NCBI GenBank assembly: GCA_963698075.1 | Contig: OY969116.1 | Coordinates: 189,492-253,491, forward strand | DNA length: 64,000 nucleotides | Direction of reading: 5' to 3' | Origin: an uncultured Candidatus Berkelbacteria bacterium | GTDB taxonomy: Bacteria > Patescibacteriota > UBA1384 > UBA12157 > JAENIV01 | Shown here: one piece after another, positions 27,838 through 37,041 of the stretch | Position numbering within the stretch: the stretch's first letter is position 1 | Layout of the letters: each line of letters begins with the position of its first letter | Notes under the pieces: model-generated | Databases searched by the model: none | Seen by the model: only the letters and a program-made list of their open reading frames with translations | What the model was told of the DNA's origin: nothing | Position numbers and translations under genes: made by a program

Positions 27838-28478
27838 GATGATGTTCCCGTCGGCGTTGGGCTGATGCTGGGACTAATTGAGGGGCTGGGAGAAGGCGAG
27901 CTCGCATTAGAATCAACTACCTTATCTATTAACCATATATTGTTTTCCTGGGTTACTGTAAAGACTTTTACCTTGGGGCCCGTATAAATTAAATTTACTT
28001 TAACCGTGACGGTATTTTCATCGATCTTTTGGGTTGAAATTATCTCGTAGCTTCGTGCTTTCTCCGCTGAACCCAGAAAGTAATTCAGTTTCGCGCTTAA
28101 ATCGCTTAGATCTTTGCCATTAGCATCTTTAGTTGTTTCTAACTTCGCTTGGGCGACAATGGTCAAGAGGTCCCGCGCTTTATTGGCTTGAATTAGGCCG
28201 TCACTAGTGCTTGAAGATTTTAACCAAAAGTCTAGAAAGTCGGTGATGGTTTTTTCCGATTTTATTTTCCATATGGCCACGGTCACTTCCACTGAAGGCG
28301 AAGGCATGGCCTGACCCTTGGTGCCGATAATATAATTGGCATAATACCAATAGCCGCCACCGCCGATTATAAGAATGACGATTGTCACAATCAACCACTT
28401 AAGAATCCCGCCCCCTGACGACTCACCCGGTGTTTCGGAGCCATTCGCTCCCGGATTTTCCAAAACGCTCTGATTCAA
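27834..28478 (-). CDS. single-pass membrane protein with Ser/Pro-rich tail
   Basis: AAGGAG RBS with TTG start, one TM, SPSPSPSISPS tail. Confidence 0.8.
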   Translation of the reverse strand: MNQSVLENPGANGSETPGESSGGGILKWLIVTIVILIIGGGGYWYYANYIIGTKGQAMPSPSVEVTVAIWKIKSEKTITDFLDFWLKSSSTSDGLIQANKARDLLTIVAQAKLETTKDANGKDLSDLSAKLNYFLGSAEKARSYEIISTQKIDENTVTVKVNLIYTGPKVKVFTVTQENNIWLIDKVVDSNASSPSPSPSISPSISPTPTGTSS

Positions 28479-28490
28479 AATATCTCCTTA

Positions 28491-29159
28491 TTAAATCTTT
28501 TTAATCGATTGGATCGCCCAAATCCCTTTTTCACCTTTTGTTATCGGCTGAGTAAGGGTGATTAAGAAGTTGCCGCCTTCGGAACTGGCCTGGACCGTGG
28601 CCGTGCCATTGGCGTCATCACGGTTCTTGATAGTGTAAGTATCAGTCACTTTTAAACCGTAGACGTTCGGCGCATCCGCTCTGGCAGTTTCATCGGGAGC
28701 CAGGCGCCATTGGGTTTTGCCTTGGTCGACTTGGTTTTGAATGGCTGTCGCCTTGGTGTTATCGATCATAAACTCGACTTGACCATTTTCCGGAATGTAA
28801 AGTACCTGGCCTGCTTGAATTTTATCAGCATCCGTAATCCCGTTGGCTTCGGAAAGGTCCGCCAAGGTAGTCCCTTGTTTTTGGGCAATGCCAAAAAGAG
28901 TCTCTTTGGCTTGGATGGTATAGGTTTTATTCGGGCTTGATGGTTTTTCCGTCGCCGGCCGTGAAACCGCGGTCGAAACCTGCGGCCCCGGCGTAGCCGC
29001 CGCCTCCGTTGAGGCGGTCGCCGGAGATTTTGTACTCTCGACTCCTGCTTTCTTCGAGTTGGTCGAACGGCTTTTGGCAGCAAAAAAAGTCGTGGTTGAA
29101 GCCAAAATTGCTACTAATATAACCAATCCATAAAATAAAATTTTCATTTGCTTGTTCAT
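28491..29159 (-). CDS. membrane-anchored LysM domain protein
   Basis: YTIQAKETLFGIAQK...LSEANGITDADKIQAGQVLYIP. Confidence 0.9.
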   Translation of the reverse strand: MNKQMKILFYGLVILVAILASTTTFFAAKSRSTNSKKAGVESTKSPATASTEAAATPGPQVSTAVSRPATEKPSSPNKTYTIQAKETLFGIAQKQGTTLADLSEANGITDADKIQAGQVLYIPENGQVEFMIDNTKATAIQNQVDQGKTQWRLAPDETARADAPNVYGLKVTDTYTIKNRDDANGTATVQASSEGGNFLITLTQPITKGEKGIWAIQSIKKI

Positions 29160-29167
29160 CATTCTCC

Positions 29168-30151
29168 TTACTGGAGCCATCCTAAAATTTGAATCGCTTT
29201 ACCCATGGCTTTTTGGCTCGAATCCTTTAGATTTTCGATAAAAATTTGGCCATTGGTTTTATCGTCGATACTCTGGTTGTACTGAGCCACCAAGAAACAC
29301 AAAAACTTTTCATCGGCACTCGAGAATATGAAATTCGCCTGGCCACCGCTAAAGTCAGCCACTTTATTCATCTTATCATCAGCGATTTCAATTGTCTCGA
29401 GACTACCTTCGTGGCTGCCAATGTTTCTCAGAGAGAAAACAATTTTCCGATCTGAAACCCATGAAAGCCAATCAACGATTTTGCCTTCAAAACTTTTTAG
29501 AGTAGAAACATCTTTAGAACTAACATTGACAATTTTAATCTGGCCCTCAGTTCCCGAAGAAGCGGCAAAAGCCACTTTTGATCCTAGCGTGTCCCAGGCC
29601 GGAGATCTGATTTCTGAGGAACTATTAAATAATTTTTGCTGGTCGGAACCGGTATTTTGCTCTATATAAAGGGTGTAGCCGTAATTTTCCTCCGTGTTGG
29701 AAAATTTGATATAGGCGATCTTTTCGGCATCTTGGGTAATTGACCAGTAAAGCGGGCGGCTGAAAGTGCTCTGGAGCGTCTCTTTGGCCCCACTGCCAAG
29801 ATTAATCAAGATTAGTTTGCCCGAGCCTGCCTTAGGGTCTTTATTGGTAATCGCCAGAATCTTTTGATTGCTTGCCGCCAGGTTAGAAACCTTAATTAAT
29901 TTTTCTGATTCATCAGCGTCAGTAAAGATTTTTTTTAACTTGCCGCCTAAATCTTTCATCCAGATTTCTTTAGCATTACCCGAAATCAAGTAAACGAAGG
30001 CGGCATCTTTTCCGCTTGCCTGAATCAGTGGATTGGATGTCCCGGCTTGAGGCTCAGACGCCGTTTGATTAAGATAGGTTTTATTGACATACCAAGCTAA
30101 CCCACCAATCACAAGCAAAATCAAAATAGTAGTGATTGTTTTTTGGGCCAT
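29168..30151 (-). CDS. membrane-anchored TolB-like beta-propeller protein
   Basis: N-terminal TM; repeats such as SPAWDTLGSKVAF, WSITQDAEKIAY. Confidence 0.75.
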   Translation of the reverse strand: MAQKTITTILILLVIGGLAWYVNKTYLNQTASEPQAGTSNPLIQASGKDAAFVYLISGNAKEIWMKDLGGKLKKIFTDADESEKLIKVSNLAASNQKILAITNKDPKAGSGKLILINLGSGAKETLQSTFSRPLYWSITQDAEKIAYIKFSNTEENYGYTLYIEQNTGSDQQKLFNSSSEIRSPAWDTLGSKVAFAASSGTEGQIKIVNVSSKDVSTLKSFEGKIVDWLSWVSDRKIVFSLRNIGSHEGSLETIEIADDKMNKVADFSGGQANFIFSSADEKFLCFLVAQYNQSIDDKTNGQIFIENLKDSSQKAMGKAIQILGWLQ

Positions 30152-30182
30152 TGGACCTAGGCTAAATTTTTAATTAAATCCT

Positions 30183-30506
30183 TTATTCGGCGGCTGAGGC
30201 GCTGGTGGTCGGTGACGGAGAAACAGCAGCCGAAGCCGATGCCGATGGTGATGCCTTGGGCGAAGTCGAAGCCGAGACAGTGGGCGAAGTCGTCACACTG
30301 GTAGTCGGCGAAGGTGATTTCTTCACTGTCACCGTTGGCGAAGGTGAAGCGGTTTTCGTCCCAGTCTTGGATGACTTGGTGTAATACCAAACTCCGACGG
30401 CCGCCAGAATGACAACGACTAAGATGATCAAGAGCCACTTAAGGGCTCCGCCACCGCCTCCAGCGGGCATGGGTGCCTGAGGCATCCCGGGTTGTGGTTG
30501 GTTCAT
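30183..30506 (-). CDS. small single-pass Ser/Thr/Pro-rich surface protein
   Basis: AAGGAGG RBS, one TM, SPSPT repeats. Confidence 0.8.
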   Translation of the reverse strand: MNQPQPGMPQAPMPAGGGGGALKWLLIILVVVILAAVGVWYYTKSSKTGTKTASPSPTVTVKKSPSPTTSVTTSPTVSASTSPKASPSASASAAVSPSPTTSASAAE

Positions 30507-30534
30507 TAAAACCCTCCTTAACTTTAATATTAAA

Positions 30535-31074
30535 CTATTTATTTGTGAATTGGAAGGTGGAAAGGACATTATTGGTAATAAAATCCGGCACAGTCGTTGA
30601 TTTATCTTTCCAATCACTCGTCGGTACGCCCGTATTTAAACCATAAGCAAAAACATACTGATTGTTTTGATTAATCAATGTCGGTATCGGGCCTTGCTCT
30701 TTTTGGATAGCACTCCACTGGGTCGGCGTGTAAACATAGAGATAAAATGCTTCATATACCCCTGGAGCATCACTTGACGGCAGATCCATCGTGTAAAATG
30801 CCGTGGTGCCTTGGCTGGTGGATTTTTTCATAAAGTATCCCTGCCAAGCTCCCGGTAAAGTCAAAGTAAAACCGTAATCTTGATTGGTATAGGTTAAACT
30901 GGCCGAAGCCGGTGGCGAAGTTGTAGTCGTTGCTGTTGGACTCGGATTTAAAGTCGTCGTTCCGGTTGGCTGAACGTATTTGATATAGTACCAGTAAGAA
31001 ATTCCTAAAATCACGACTAACACCAAAACTGTTAATAGCCAGGGGAGAAAATTGGTCTTTGTTTTTTGATCCAT
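30535..31074 (-). CDS. membrane-anchored PsbP-like domain protein
   Basis: TM, Thr/Pro linker, YTNQDYGFTLTLP...VLSTFQF. Confidence 0.7.
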   Translation of the reverse strand: MDQKTKTNFLPWLLTVLVLVVILGISYWYYIKYVQPTGTTTLNPSPTATTTTSPPASASLTYTNQDYGFTLTLPGAWQGYFMKKSTSQGTTAFYTMDLPSSDAPGVYEAFYLYVYTPTQWSAIQKEQGPIPTLINQNNQYVFAYGLNTGVPTSDWKDKSTTVPDFITNNVLSTFQFTNK

Positions 31075-31090
31075 GTCTGCCCCTCTCGAA

Positions 31091-31150
31091 TTAATAGGTT
31101 TCGTATTGACGCATCAGCAACTGCGCCTGAATTTGTCTCATCGTTTCAAT
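31091..31150 (-). repeat. extra copy of secY 3' end (copy 3)
   Basis: Encodes IETMRQIQAQLLMRQYETY*; 8 codons differ from secY, all synonymously. Confidence 0.95.
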
Positions 31151-31208
31151 TACGTTTTTCGTAACCGGAAAAGGAATAGAGACAATGGCTTTTGGCAACT
31201 GGTACGAT

Positions 31209-31268
31209 TTAATAATTTTCGTACTGTCGCATCAATAACTGGGCTTGGATCTGACGCATTGTCTCTAT
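31209..31268 (-). repeat. extra copy of secY 3' end (copy 2)
   Basis: Encodes IETMRQIQAQLLMRQYENY*; most codons recoded, one T-to-N change. Confidence 0.95.
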
Positions 31269-31320
31269 TAAAATTCTCCTTGAATTTAATTGAAACTTTT
31301 CCTTTTACCATTCTTAAGGT

Positions 31321-32595
31321 TTAATAAGTCTCATACTGGCGCATCAGAAGCTGCGCCTGGATTTGCCTCATCGTTTCAATTATAACAGAAACCATAATTA
31401 AAACACCAGTGCCACCAATAACCAAAGTGTTAACCTTCGTAATCGCCTGAACAATAAACGGCAATACCGCAATTACTCCCAAGAAAACGGCCCCGGTGAG
31501 ATTTACCCGAGAAATAATCCGTGAAAGATACCCTGCCGTCTCCTGGCCCGGCCTGACCCCAGGGATAAAGCCGCCTTGTTTTTGTAAGTTTTCGGCAATC
31601 TGGGTCGGTTTGAGGATAATCCCGGTATAGAAAAAGGTAAAAAGGATTACCAAAATAAAGTAGGCAATCCCATAAAACCAGTTATTGGTAAAAAGGTTGG
31701 CCACCCAGGTAGCGGCCTGGGCAAGCCACTCCGAACGCGCTTGAGAGAGGAATTTGGCCCCGACGCCCGGGAAAAGCATAATTGACATCGCAAAAATGAT
31801 TGGGATAACCCCAGCCGTATTGACCCGAATCGGTAAATGGGTGTCCACCCCGCCGTATGCCTTCAATCCACGAATGCGCCTGGCGTAGGAAACGGGAATT
31901 TGCCGCCGGCCTTCATTGACGATGACGATTAAAATCACCACCGCCAGGGCGATTAAACCAAAGATGATTAGACCAATAATTTTCGTCGTATCTAAAACCG
32001 CGAGGGTATTGCGAACCTGGGCCGGCAGGCCCGCCACAATCCCTAACGTAATAATTAAAGAAACGCCGTTACCGATCCCATTTTCGGAAATGAGCTCGCC
32101 GATCCACATGAGAAGTATCGTTCCAGCGGTAATCGAGATAAGCATTACCGCCAACTGTATCGGCGTCCAAGAAATGACAATTTGCTGATTGCGAAGCAAA
32201 ACCAACATGCTGTAAGACTGAATCAACGCCAATGGCACGGTTAGGATCCTCGTCCAATAATTAATCTTTTGCTGGCCGCTCTCCCCTTCTTTTTGGAGCT
32301 CCTCTAAGGAAGGAATGACCATCGTCAAGAGCTGGACAATAATTGAGGAAGTAATGTAAGGACCAACGCCCATCATAATAATCGAAAAGTTCTCCATTGC
32401 CCCGCCGGAAAACATGTTCAAAAGCCCGAAAATTTGGTTCCGGCCAAAAAAATCTCTCAGTTGAACAATATCGACGCCGGGTAAAGGAATGTGGGCCAAA
32501 ACCCTGGCGATCAGTAACAGGGCGACGGCATATAAAACTCGCCGTCTTAAATCCGGCAAAGTAAAAATCTGTTTTAAAGTCTCCCAAAAACGCAT
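31321..32595 (-). CDS. secY: preprotein translocase subunit SecY
   Basis: MGVGPYITSSIIVQLL, GIGNGVSLII, GVIPIIFA, GGFIPGVRPG. Confidence 0.98.
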   Translation of the reverse strand: MRFWETLKQIFTLPDLRRRVLYAVALLLIARVLAHIPLPGVDIVQLRDFFGRNQIFGLLNMFSGGAMENFSIIMMGVGPYITSSIIVQLLTMVIPSLEELQKEGESGQQKINYWTRILTVPLALIQSYSMLVLLRNQQIVISWTPIQLAVMLISITAGTILLMWIGELISENGIGNGVSLIITLGIVAGLPAQVRNTLAVLDTTKIIGLIIFGLIALAVVILIVIVNEGRRQIPVSYARRIRGLKAYGGVDTHLPIRVNTAGVIPIIFAMSIMLFPGVGAKFLSQARSEWLAQAATWVANLFTNNWFYGIAYFILVILFTFFYTGIILKPTQIAENLQKQGGFIPGVRPGQETAGYLSRIISRVNLTGAVFLGVIAVLPFIVQAITKVNTLVIGGTGVLIMVSVIIETMRQIQAQLLMRQYETY

Positions 32596-32626
32596 AAAAA
32601 CAACCTTTCTTTTTAGGTCTATTTCT

Positions 32627-32700
32627 ATCTTATCACTTGCTCCGAAATAGTCAATAAATCCCAAGCTTAGTTTGACAGAAGGAATCGTCTTTTATATAAT
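32627..32700. promoter_or_regulatory. back-to-back sigma70 promoters (secY and ORFan)
   Basis: Minus: TTGACT-16-TAAGAT (32654-32627). Plus: TTGACA-17-TATAAT (32672-32700). Confidence 0.8.
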
Positions 32701-32728
32701 CTTTTTAGACGCGACAAGGGAGCAAGGC

Positions 32729-33124
32729 ATGGGACAGGTAACGATCGACTCTCATGACGGCGTACCACTAACTTGGCCGCACTGCAAAGATCTGCGCTGG
32801 TACCGATCCGGGAGTTTCAGTCTGAACGATCACGACCGTCAGGCGATTCTCAACCATTTCGGCATGAAGGATTGGTACTTCCGCCTCGAACGGGTAGACC
32901 GAACTTCTCCGGCCCAACTCCGGGAATTCGCCGAAAAAGGCATTAGCCTGGATCTGCTCGACAATGAGGAGCTTTTGACGCTTCATCAAAGAACGGCCAC
33001 GCAGTTCGGCATCGTCTTGACCGAAGACCAGGACCAGGAACTGATGACCCGTTGGAAAGGGTTGATGACGAAAGTCGGAGAGACGATCATCGCGCGGATG
33101 CGCCCGAATCCGAATATCACCTAA
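32729..33124 (+). CDS. hypothetical protein (131 aa)
   Basis: GGGAG RBS, consensus promoter, terminator at 33148-33171. Confidence 0.8.
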   Translation: MGQVTIDSHDGVPLTWPHCKDLRWYRSGSFSLNDHDRQAILNHFGMKDWYFRLERVDRTSPAQLREFAEKGISLDLLDNEELLTLHQRTATQFGIVLTEDQDQELMTRWKGLMTKVGETIIARMRPNPNIT

Positions 33125-33239
33125 CGATCAGATCCATCAAATCTTACAAGAGCCCAAAGCCGGGCTCTTTTCCGTTCCCTTGACACCATTAATTTTTGGT
33201 TTATGATAGAACTAAGAACCCAGAACTCAAGGAGGAATA

Positions 33240-33986
33240 ATGAATAAAAAATGGTTGTTTATTGGTCTAATAATTTTATCACTTATCGCGGGTGGCGCAA
33301 TTTATGCCAAATTTGCCGGCCAAGCCCGGGCCGCGTTCCCAGGCGCCCCAGACGGTATTGATTTGCACATCTTACTTGAAGTCAGTGCCGATAATAGCGC
33401 CACTTGGCATAATTTTACCGGGACTGATATCCAGGGCGGCGAGACGCTCAATATCAATTCGGGGACGACGGTTCTTTTTCGGGTGAAAGTTTGGAATGAC
33501 GGCTTGGGGGCTGCGGGTGGCGTCCAAATTATCGGTGAGATTGAAGATGCCGAATATATCACTGAGGCGGGAGTGACCAATAATCAGCTTGGCGACCATC
33601 CATTTACTGGCTTTGATATTGAAAATGGAACACAGGGAGAAGTCGCGGTTGTTAATTTCGGCGGCAATCAAAATAATGGTTATGAGGGACTCCAGGGGTC
33701 AATTACGTTTAGTCTTGATTTTCCGACCGACCAAACAATCCTCATCGGCGCGGTTTGGATTCACGATTATGCCTTAATTGGTTATCGAAATAATAATCAA
33801 TTTATTCGTGTGGCTCACGCCAATGGTGTCAATAACTTTTCACAAGTCAGATTAGTCGTTAATCGTGCTCACGCCAGCATCGGCGTAAAACTGACTCCCA
33901 CGCCATCACCCGCCGCCTCCGCGATCGCGACCTTACCTTCCACCGGTAGCTCGATTTTGGAGGATTTAAAGAACTGGTGGCGCTAA
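33240..33986 (+). CDS. secreted beta-rich protein with C-terminal LPxTG-like motif (paralog A)
   Basis: Signal peptide ending ARA, LPSTG near the C-terminus; AAGGAGG RBS; TTGACA-16-TATGAT at 33180. Confidence 0.8.
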   Translation: MNKKWLFIGLIILSLIAGGAIYAKFAGQARAAFPGAPDGIDLHILLEVSADNSATWHNFTGTDIQGGETLNINSGTTVLFRVKVWNDGLGAAGGVQIIGEIEDAEYITEAGVTNNQLGDHPFTGFDIENGTQGEVAVVNFGGNQNNGYEGLQGSITFSLDFPTDQTILIGAVWIHDYALIGYRNNNQFIRVAHANGVNNFSQVRLVVNRAHASIGVKLTPTPSPAASAIATLPSTGSSILEDLKNWWR

Positions 33987-34462
33987 ACTTAATTTATCTA
34001 ATTATTGCTGCGATTCTTCTTTTAGCCGGGGCGGCGAGCACGCTTTTGCTAGTTTTTCCGTCCTTGGCTTTTATGTTTTTGGTCGCTTTCGGCTACGCCT
34101 TACTCGATCATTTTGAACATCTTTCGGCGGTCGAACTGGGAATTTTGGCGGCCATGGCCATCTTAGCCGAAACCATTGATTATTTGGCCGGATTTATCGG
34201 TGCTAAAATCGGCGGTGCCAAAACTAAATCATTGCTTTTAGGAATAGTGGGGTTAATCATCGGAATGGTAATTTATCCACCCTTAGGCGGCATTTTTGGA
34301 CTCTTTTTAGGCATTGTCCTGGGTGAAATTTTGTCATACAAAGAATTAGCAAAAGCCTTCAGAGCCGGCTTCGCCGGGGTTCTTGGGTCACTTGCCGGTA
34401 CAATCGTTAAAATGATTTTAGCAGTTTTGTTTTTAGTCCTCTTTTTAGTCTTTACGCTTTAA
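33977..34462 (+). CDS. DUF456 (YqgC-like) membrane protein, copy 1
   Basis: IDYLAGFIGAKIGGAK, PPLGGIFGLFLG. Confidence 0.85.
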   Translation: MALNLIYLIIAAILLLAGAASTLLLVFPSLAFMFLVAFGYALLDHFEHLSAVELGILAAMAILAETIDYLAGFIGAKIGGAKTKSLLLGIVGLIIGMVIYPPLGGIFGLFLGIVLGEILSYKELAKAFRAGFAGVLGSLAGTIVKMILAVLFLVLFLVFTL

Positions 34463-34787
34463 GGTATAACAAAAGATTACCAACGATGAGGGTTTCATCT
34501 TCGGTGTAGGGCGAGTAGAGGGCCCGCGCAGAGACTTCTTCCCAGGTTGGGTAATTGATGGCTGAGGTGATGATCCCGGCGCCATCGACATTGAGAATCC
34601 TTAGCAGGGTGAAGTCAGTCTCGAGCACGATCTCGCCCGGGCCATGGAAAGCCACATCTTGACCGCCCCATGATTCATCCAGCCGGATCTCGATTTGGCT
34701 ACCTCGCAAGCGGCCACCGATAGCGCCACAGCCGACAGGAGTGATAACCCGGGTACCAGGTTTCTTCCACTTGGGGCTCAAGGGCAT
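34452..34787 (-). CDS. hypothetical protein (111 aa)
   Basis: AAGGAGGT RBS before MPLSPKW; GC-rich; 3' end overlaps the DUF456 stop. Confidence 0.75.
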   Translation of the reverse strand: MPLSPKWKKPGTRVITPVGCGAIGGRLRGSQIEIRLDESWGGQDVAFHGPGEIVLETDFTLLRILNVDGAGIITSAINYPTWEEVSARALYSPYTEDETLIVGNLLLYLKA

Positions 34788-34903
34788 GGACGTTACCTCC
34801 TTAATTGAGCTAGGTAGATAATAACATGAAGATTTCCGAAAGTCAATCAAAAAACAGGTTGGTGCTTTTCTTGATTCTACAAACGCTAAAATCTTCTTTC
34901 CCC

Positions 34904-34932
34904 TTGACTTTTTTCCCAACCTATGCTATACT
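34904..34932 (+). promoter_or_regulatory. sigma70 promoter with extended -10
   Basis: TTGACT-17-TATACT with TG at the extended position. Confidence 0.75.
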
Positions 34933-34939
34933 TAATTAA

Positions 34940-35108
34940 CTTAAGAGTTAGCTACGTACTAAATTTTAAGTATTGGCTCGTTGTCAAGACCAAACGTTCT
35001 TCAATACTCCCATTTATATTCGGCATTACTATTCCGAACGGAAGTCAACTTAGAGAATGCTTGGCAGCGGGCTAAATCTCTCTTCGACCATCTTACACCG
35101 GTCGTTTT
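34940..35108 (+). ncRNA. candidate rod-shaped small RNA (6S-like?)
   Basis: No ORF; 14-bp G-U-containing stem 34975-34988/35060-35073 with nested helices; CGACC/GGTCG-TTTT terminator. Confidence 0.5.
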
Positions 35109-35133
35109 GTGGTATGATTAAAAAAGGAGGAAT

Positions 35134-35598
35134 ATGAATAAGATCTGGAAATTTGTGATTTCAATTCTCGTAAGTTTTTTAGCTGGAGCCATTGGCTCGA
35201 TTTTTACCACGCCGGCAATCAGAGACTGGTATCCAACCTTAGTCAAACCCGGGTTTAATCCTCCCAATTGGCTTTTTGCGCCAGCCTGGACCGTTCTATA
35301 TATCTTAATGGGAATTGCTTTGTATTTGGTCTGGATCTCGAGCAGGGAAAATAAAAAGATTGCCTACATTGTCTTTTTTGTCCAGTTGGCCTTAAACGCT
35401 CTTTGGTCTTATATTTTCTTTGGCGCTCACGAGTTGGGCTGGGCTTTTTTCGAGATTGTCGTGTTGTGGCTGGCCATTCTGGGGACAATTATTGCTTTTA
35501 ATCGCATCTTAAAACCAGCGGCTTATTTGCTAATTCCCTATATTCTTTGGGTGATATTCGCCGCTGTTTTGAACTACAGTGTTTGGCATTTAAATTAA
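35134..35598 (+). CDS. tspO: TspO/MBR family tryptophan-rich sensory protein
   Basis: WYPTLVKPGFNPPNWLFAPAWT, QLALNALWSYIFFG, LLIPYILW. Confidence 0.95.
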   Translation: MNKIWKFVISILVSFLAGAIGSIFTTPAIRDWYPTLVKPGFNPPNWLFAPAWTVLYILMGIALYLVWISSRENKKIAYIVFFVQLALNALWSYIFFGAHELGWAFFEIVVLWLAILGTIIAFNRILKPAAYLLIPYILWVIFAAVLNYSVWHLN

Positions 35599-35621
35599 AA
35601 ATTGATGGGGCCAATAAGATT

Positions 35622-35882
35622 ATGAAAAAATATTGGTCTGGGAAAGTAACAAAAGAAAGTAATGCTTTAGATTTAGAACCGGGTGTTTTTACATGGGACG
35701 ATCCGAAAAGAATCGCCCAGTCGCTCGCAAATTCGGCGAAAATTAGTACCCGTCGCAAAGGCACGCCAATGCAGTCGGCAATGTCAATGTTAAATTTTTA
35801 TATTAATCGCGCGGGCAAAAATCTGTCCAAAGAGCGCCGCGAAATTCTTGAGAAAACCAAAGTAGAACTTAGAAAGATGTAA
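35622..35882 (+). CDS. DUF3175 family protein
   Basis: WSGKVTKESNALDLEPGVF, SAMSMLNFYINRAGKNL. Confidence 0.85.
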   Translation: MKKYWSGKVTKESNALDLEPGVFTWDDPKRIAQSLANSAKISTRRKGTPMQSAMSMLNFYINRAGKNLSKERREILEKTKVELRKM

Positions 35883-35956
35883 TATTAAAACTTGACAAAT
35901 TTCTCGGGTAGTGTATGTTATTTATGAGATAAGTTTACAAGAACTACGGAGGGGAA

Positions 35957-36763
35957 ATGTTCCAACACATGCAAAAAATTTGGATTTTATTCTTGGTTTT
36001 TGGACTTATGGTTCTCTCTGGTGCGGCTTATCTTTTTTCTGGTACAAAAAACGTTTTGGCCGCCCCCCATGTAGGTGACGGCGTTGATTTACACGTTACG
36101 GCCCTCGGCAGTGCCGATAACGGGGCTACTTGGCATAATTATAATGGGACCGAGAACCCTCAATGGGAAACATTGACTGTCGCTCCCGGAGCGACGATTA
36201 GATTTGCAATTTTTGTTTTTGGCGTTGATCAATCGGTGGCGGCGGCAAATGTTAAAATTGAAGGTAATGTTAATTTAACCGATCCTACCTACATCACTGG
36301 TTTACGTGTTGACTTTCCAGATGCAGATCTTGATGACAATGCTTTTATTGGCTTTACTTTCCGCGGCGGCGGTGAGGGCACCGTGGCCCAAGTTCTACCC
36401 GGAAATCTCAATACGCAAATATTAGTGGGTACATTTCAGCTTTCCAACTATTTTCCCCTTGGTCAAACAATCTTACTTGGTCATGTGGACATCACCGACT
36501 ATACACCAATAGTTGGGGGTTATCATCCGTTAAAAAACCTTCGTCAAGCCTTAGGTATTAAGACTGCCCGAGCCGAAGGGGTTGGTCGTTTTTCAGACAT
36601 TAGGATTGTTGTCAATGGCAATGGAATACTTCATGGGACGACTCAAGCGACTCCCACGCCGACGCCAACATCAACAGTCTCACCTGCCAGCCAAATCACC
36701 AATCTTCCTCAAACCGGTGGGGGCATTCTTGATAATTTGTCAAGATTTTTAAGATTATATTAA
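35957..36763 (+). CDS. secreted beta-rich protein with C-terminal LPxTG-like motif (paralog B)
   Basis: DGVDLH..SADNGATWHNY shared with 33240; LPQTG. Confidence 0.8.
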   Translation: MFQHMQKIWILFLVFGLMVLSGAAYLFSGTKNVLAAPHVGDGVDLHVTALGSADNGATWHNYNGTENPQWETLTVAPGATIRFAIFVFGVDQSVAAANVKIEGNVNLTDPTYITGLRVDFPDADLDDNAFIGFTFRGGGEGTVAQVLPGNLNTQILVGTFQLSNYFPLGQTILLGHVDITDYTPIVGGYHPLKNLRQALGIKTARAEGVGRFSDIRIVVNGNGILHGTTQATPTPTPTSTVSPASQITNLPQTGGGILDNLSRFLRLY

Positions 36764-36819
36764 AGAGATACTCAATCTTTTCTTTGACTAGAGCTGGTAA
36801 GCCAATTAAAGGAGGTTTG

Positions 36820-37041
36820 ATGAGAAAAGTGTTACTTTGGGGAGGGCTTGTTGGGACGATCGTTTTTTTTGCTTTTGCTTTTTTGGCCGGCGCCAGCAAC
36901 AATGGCAAGGCCATCTTGCCAGGAATCTACGGCACCAGCGGTCTGATGTGGGCCTTTTTTGCCGTCATTACCTTAATCCTATTCATCATCGGTTTGATTA
37001 TGGTGATTGTTAATGCCATCAAAAATCGAAATAGTCAATGA
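36820..37041 (+). CDS. small 2-TM protein
   Basis: AAGGAGGT RBS. Confidence 0.75.
   Translation: MRKVLLWGGLVGTIVFFAFAFLAGASNNGKAILPGIYGTSGLMWAFFAVITLILFIIGLIMVIVNAIKNRNSQ

Noticed and set aside
27834-30360. SPSP/SPT tandem-like DNA repeats
   Set aside because: Low-complexity protein linkers, not independent repeat elements
31091-31380. secY tail copies as a CRISPR array or DGR template/variable repeat
   Set aside because: Repeats are 60-nt coding copies with synonymous changes at all bases, not adenine-specific; no reverse transcriptase or cas genes
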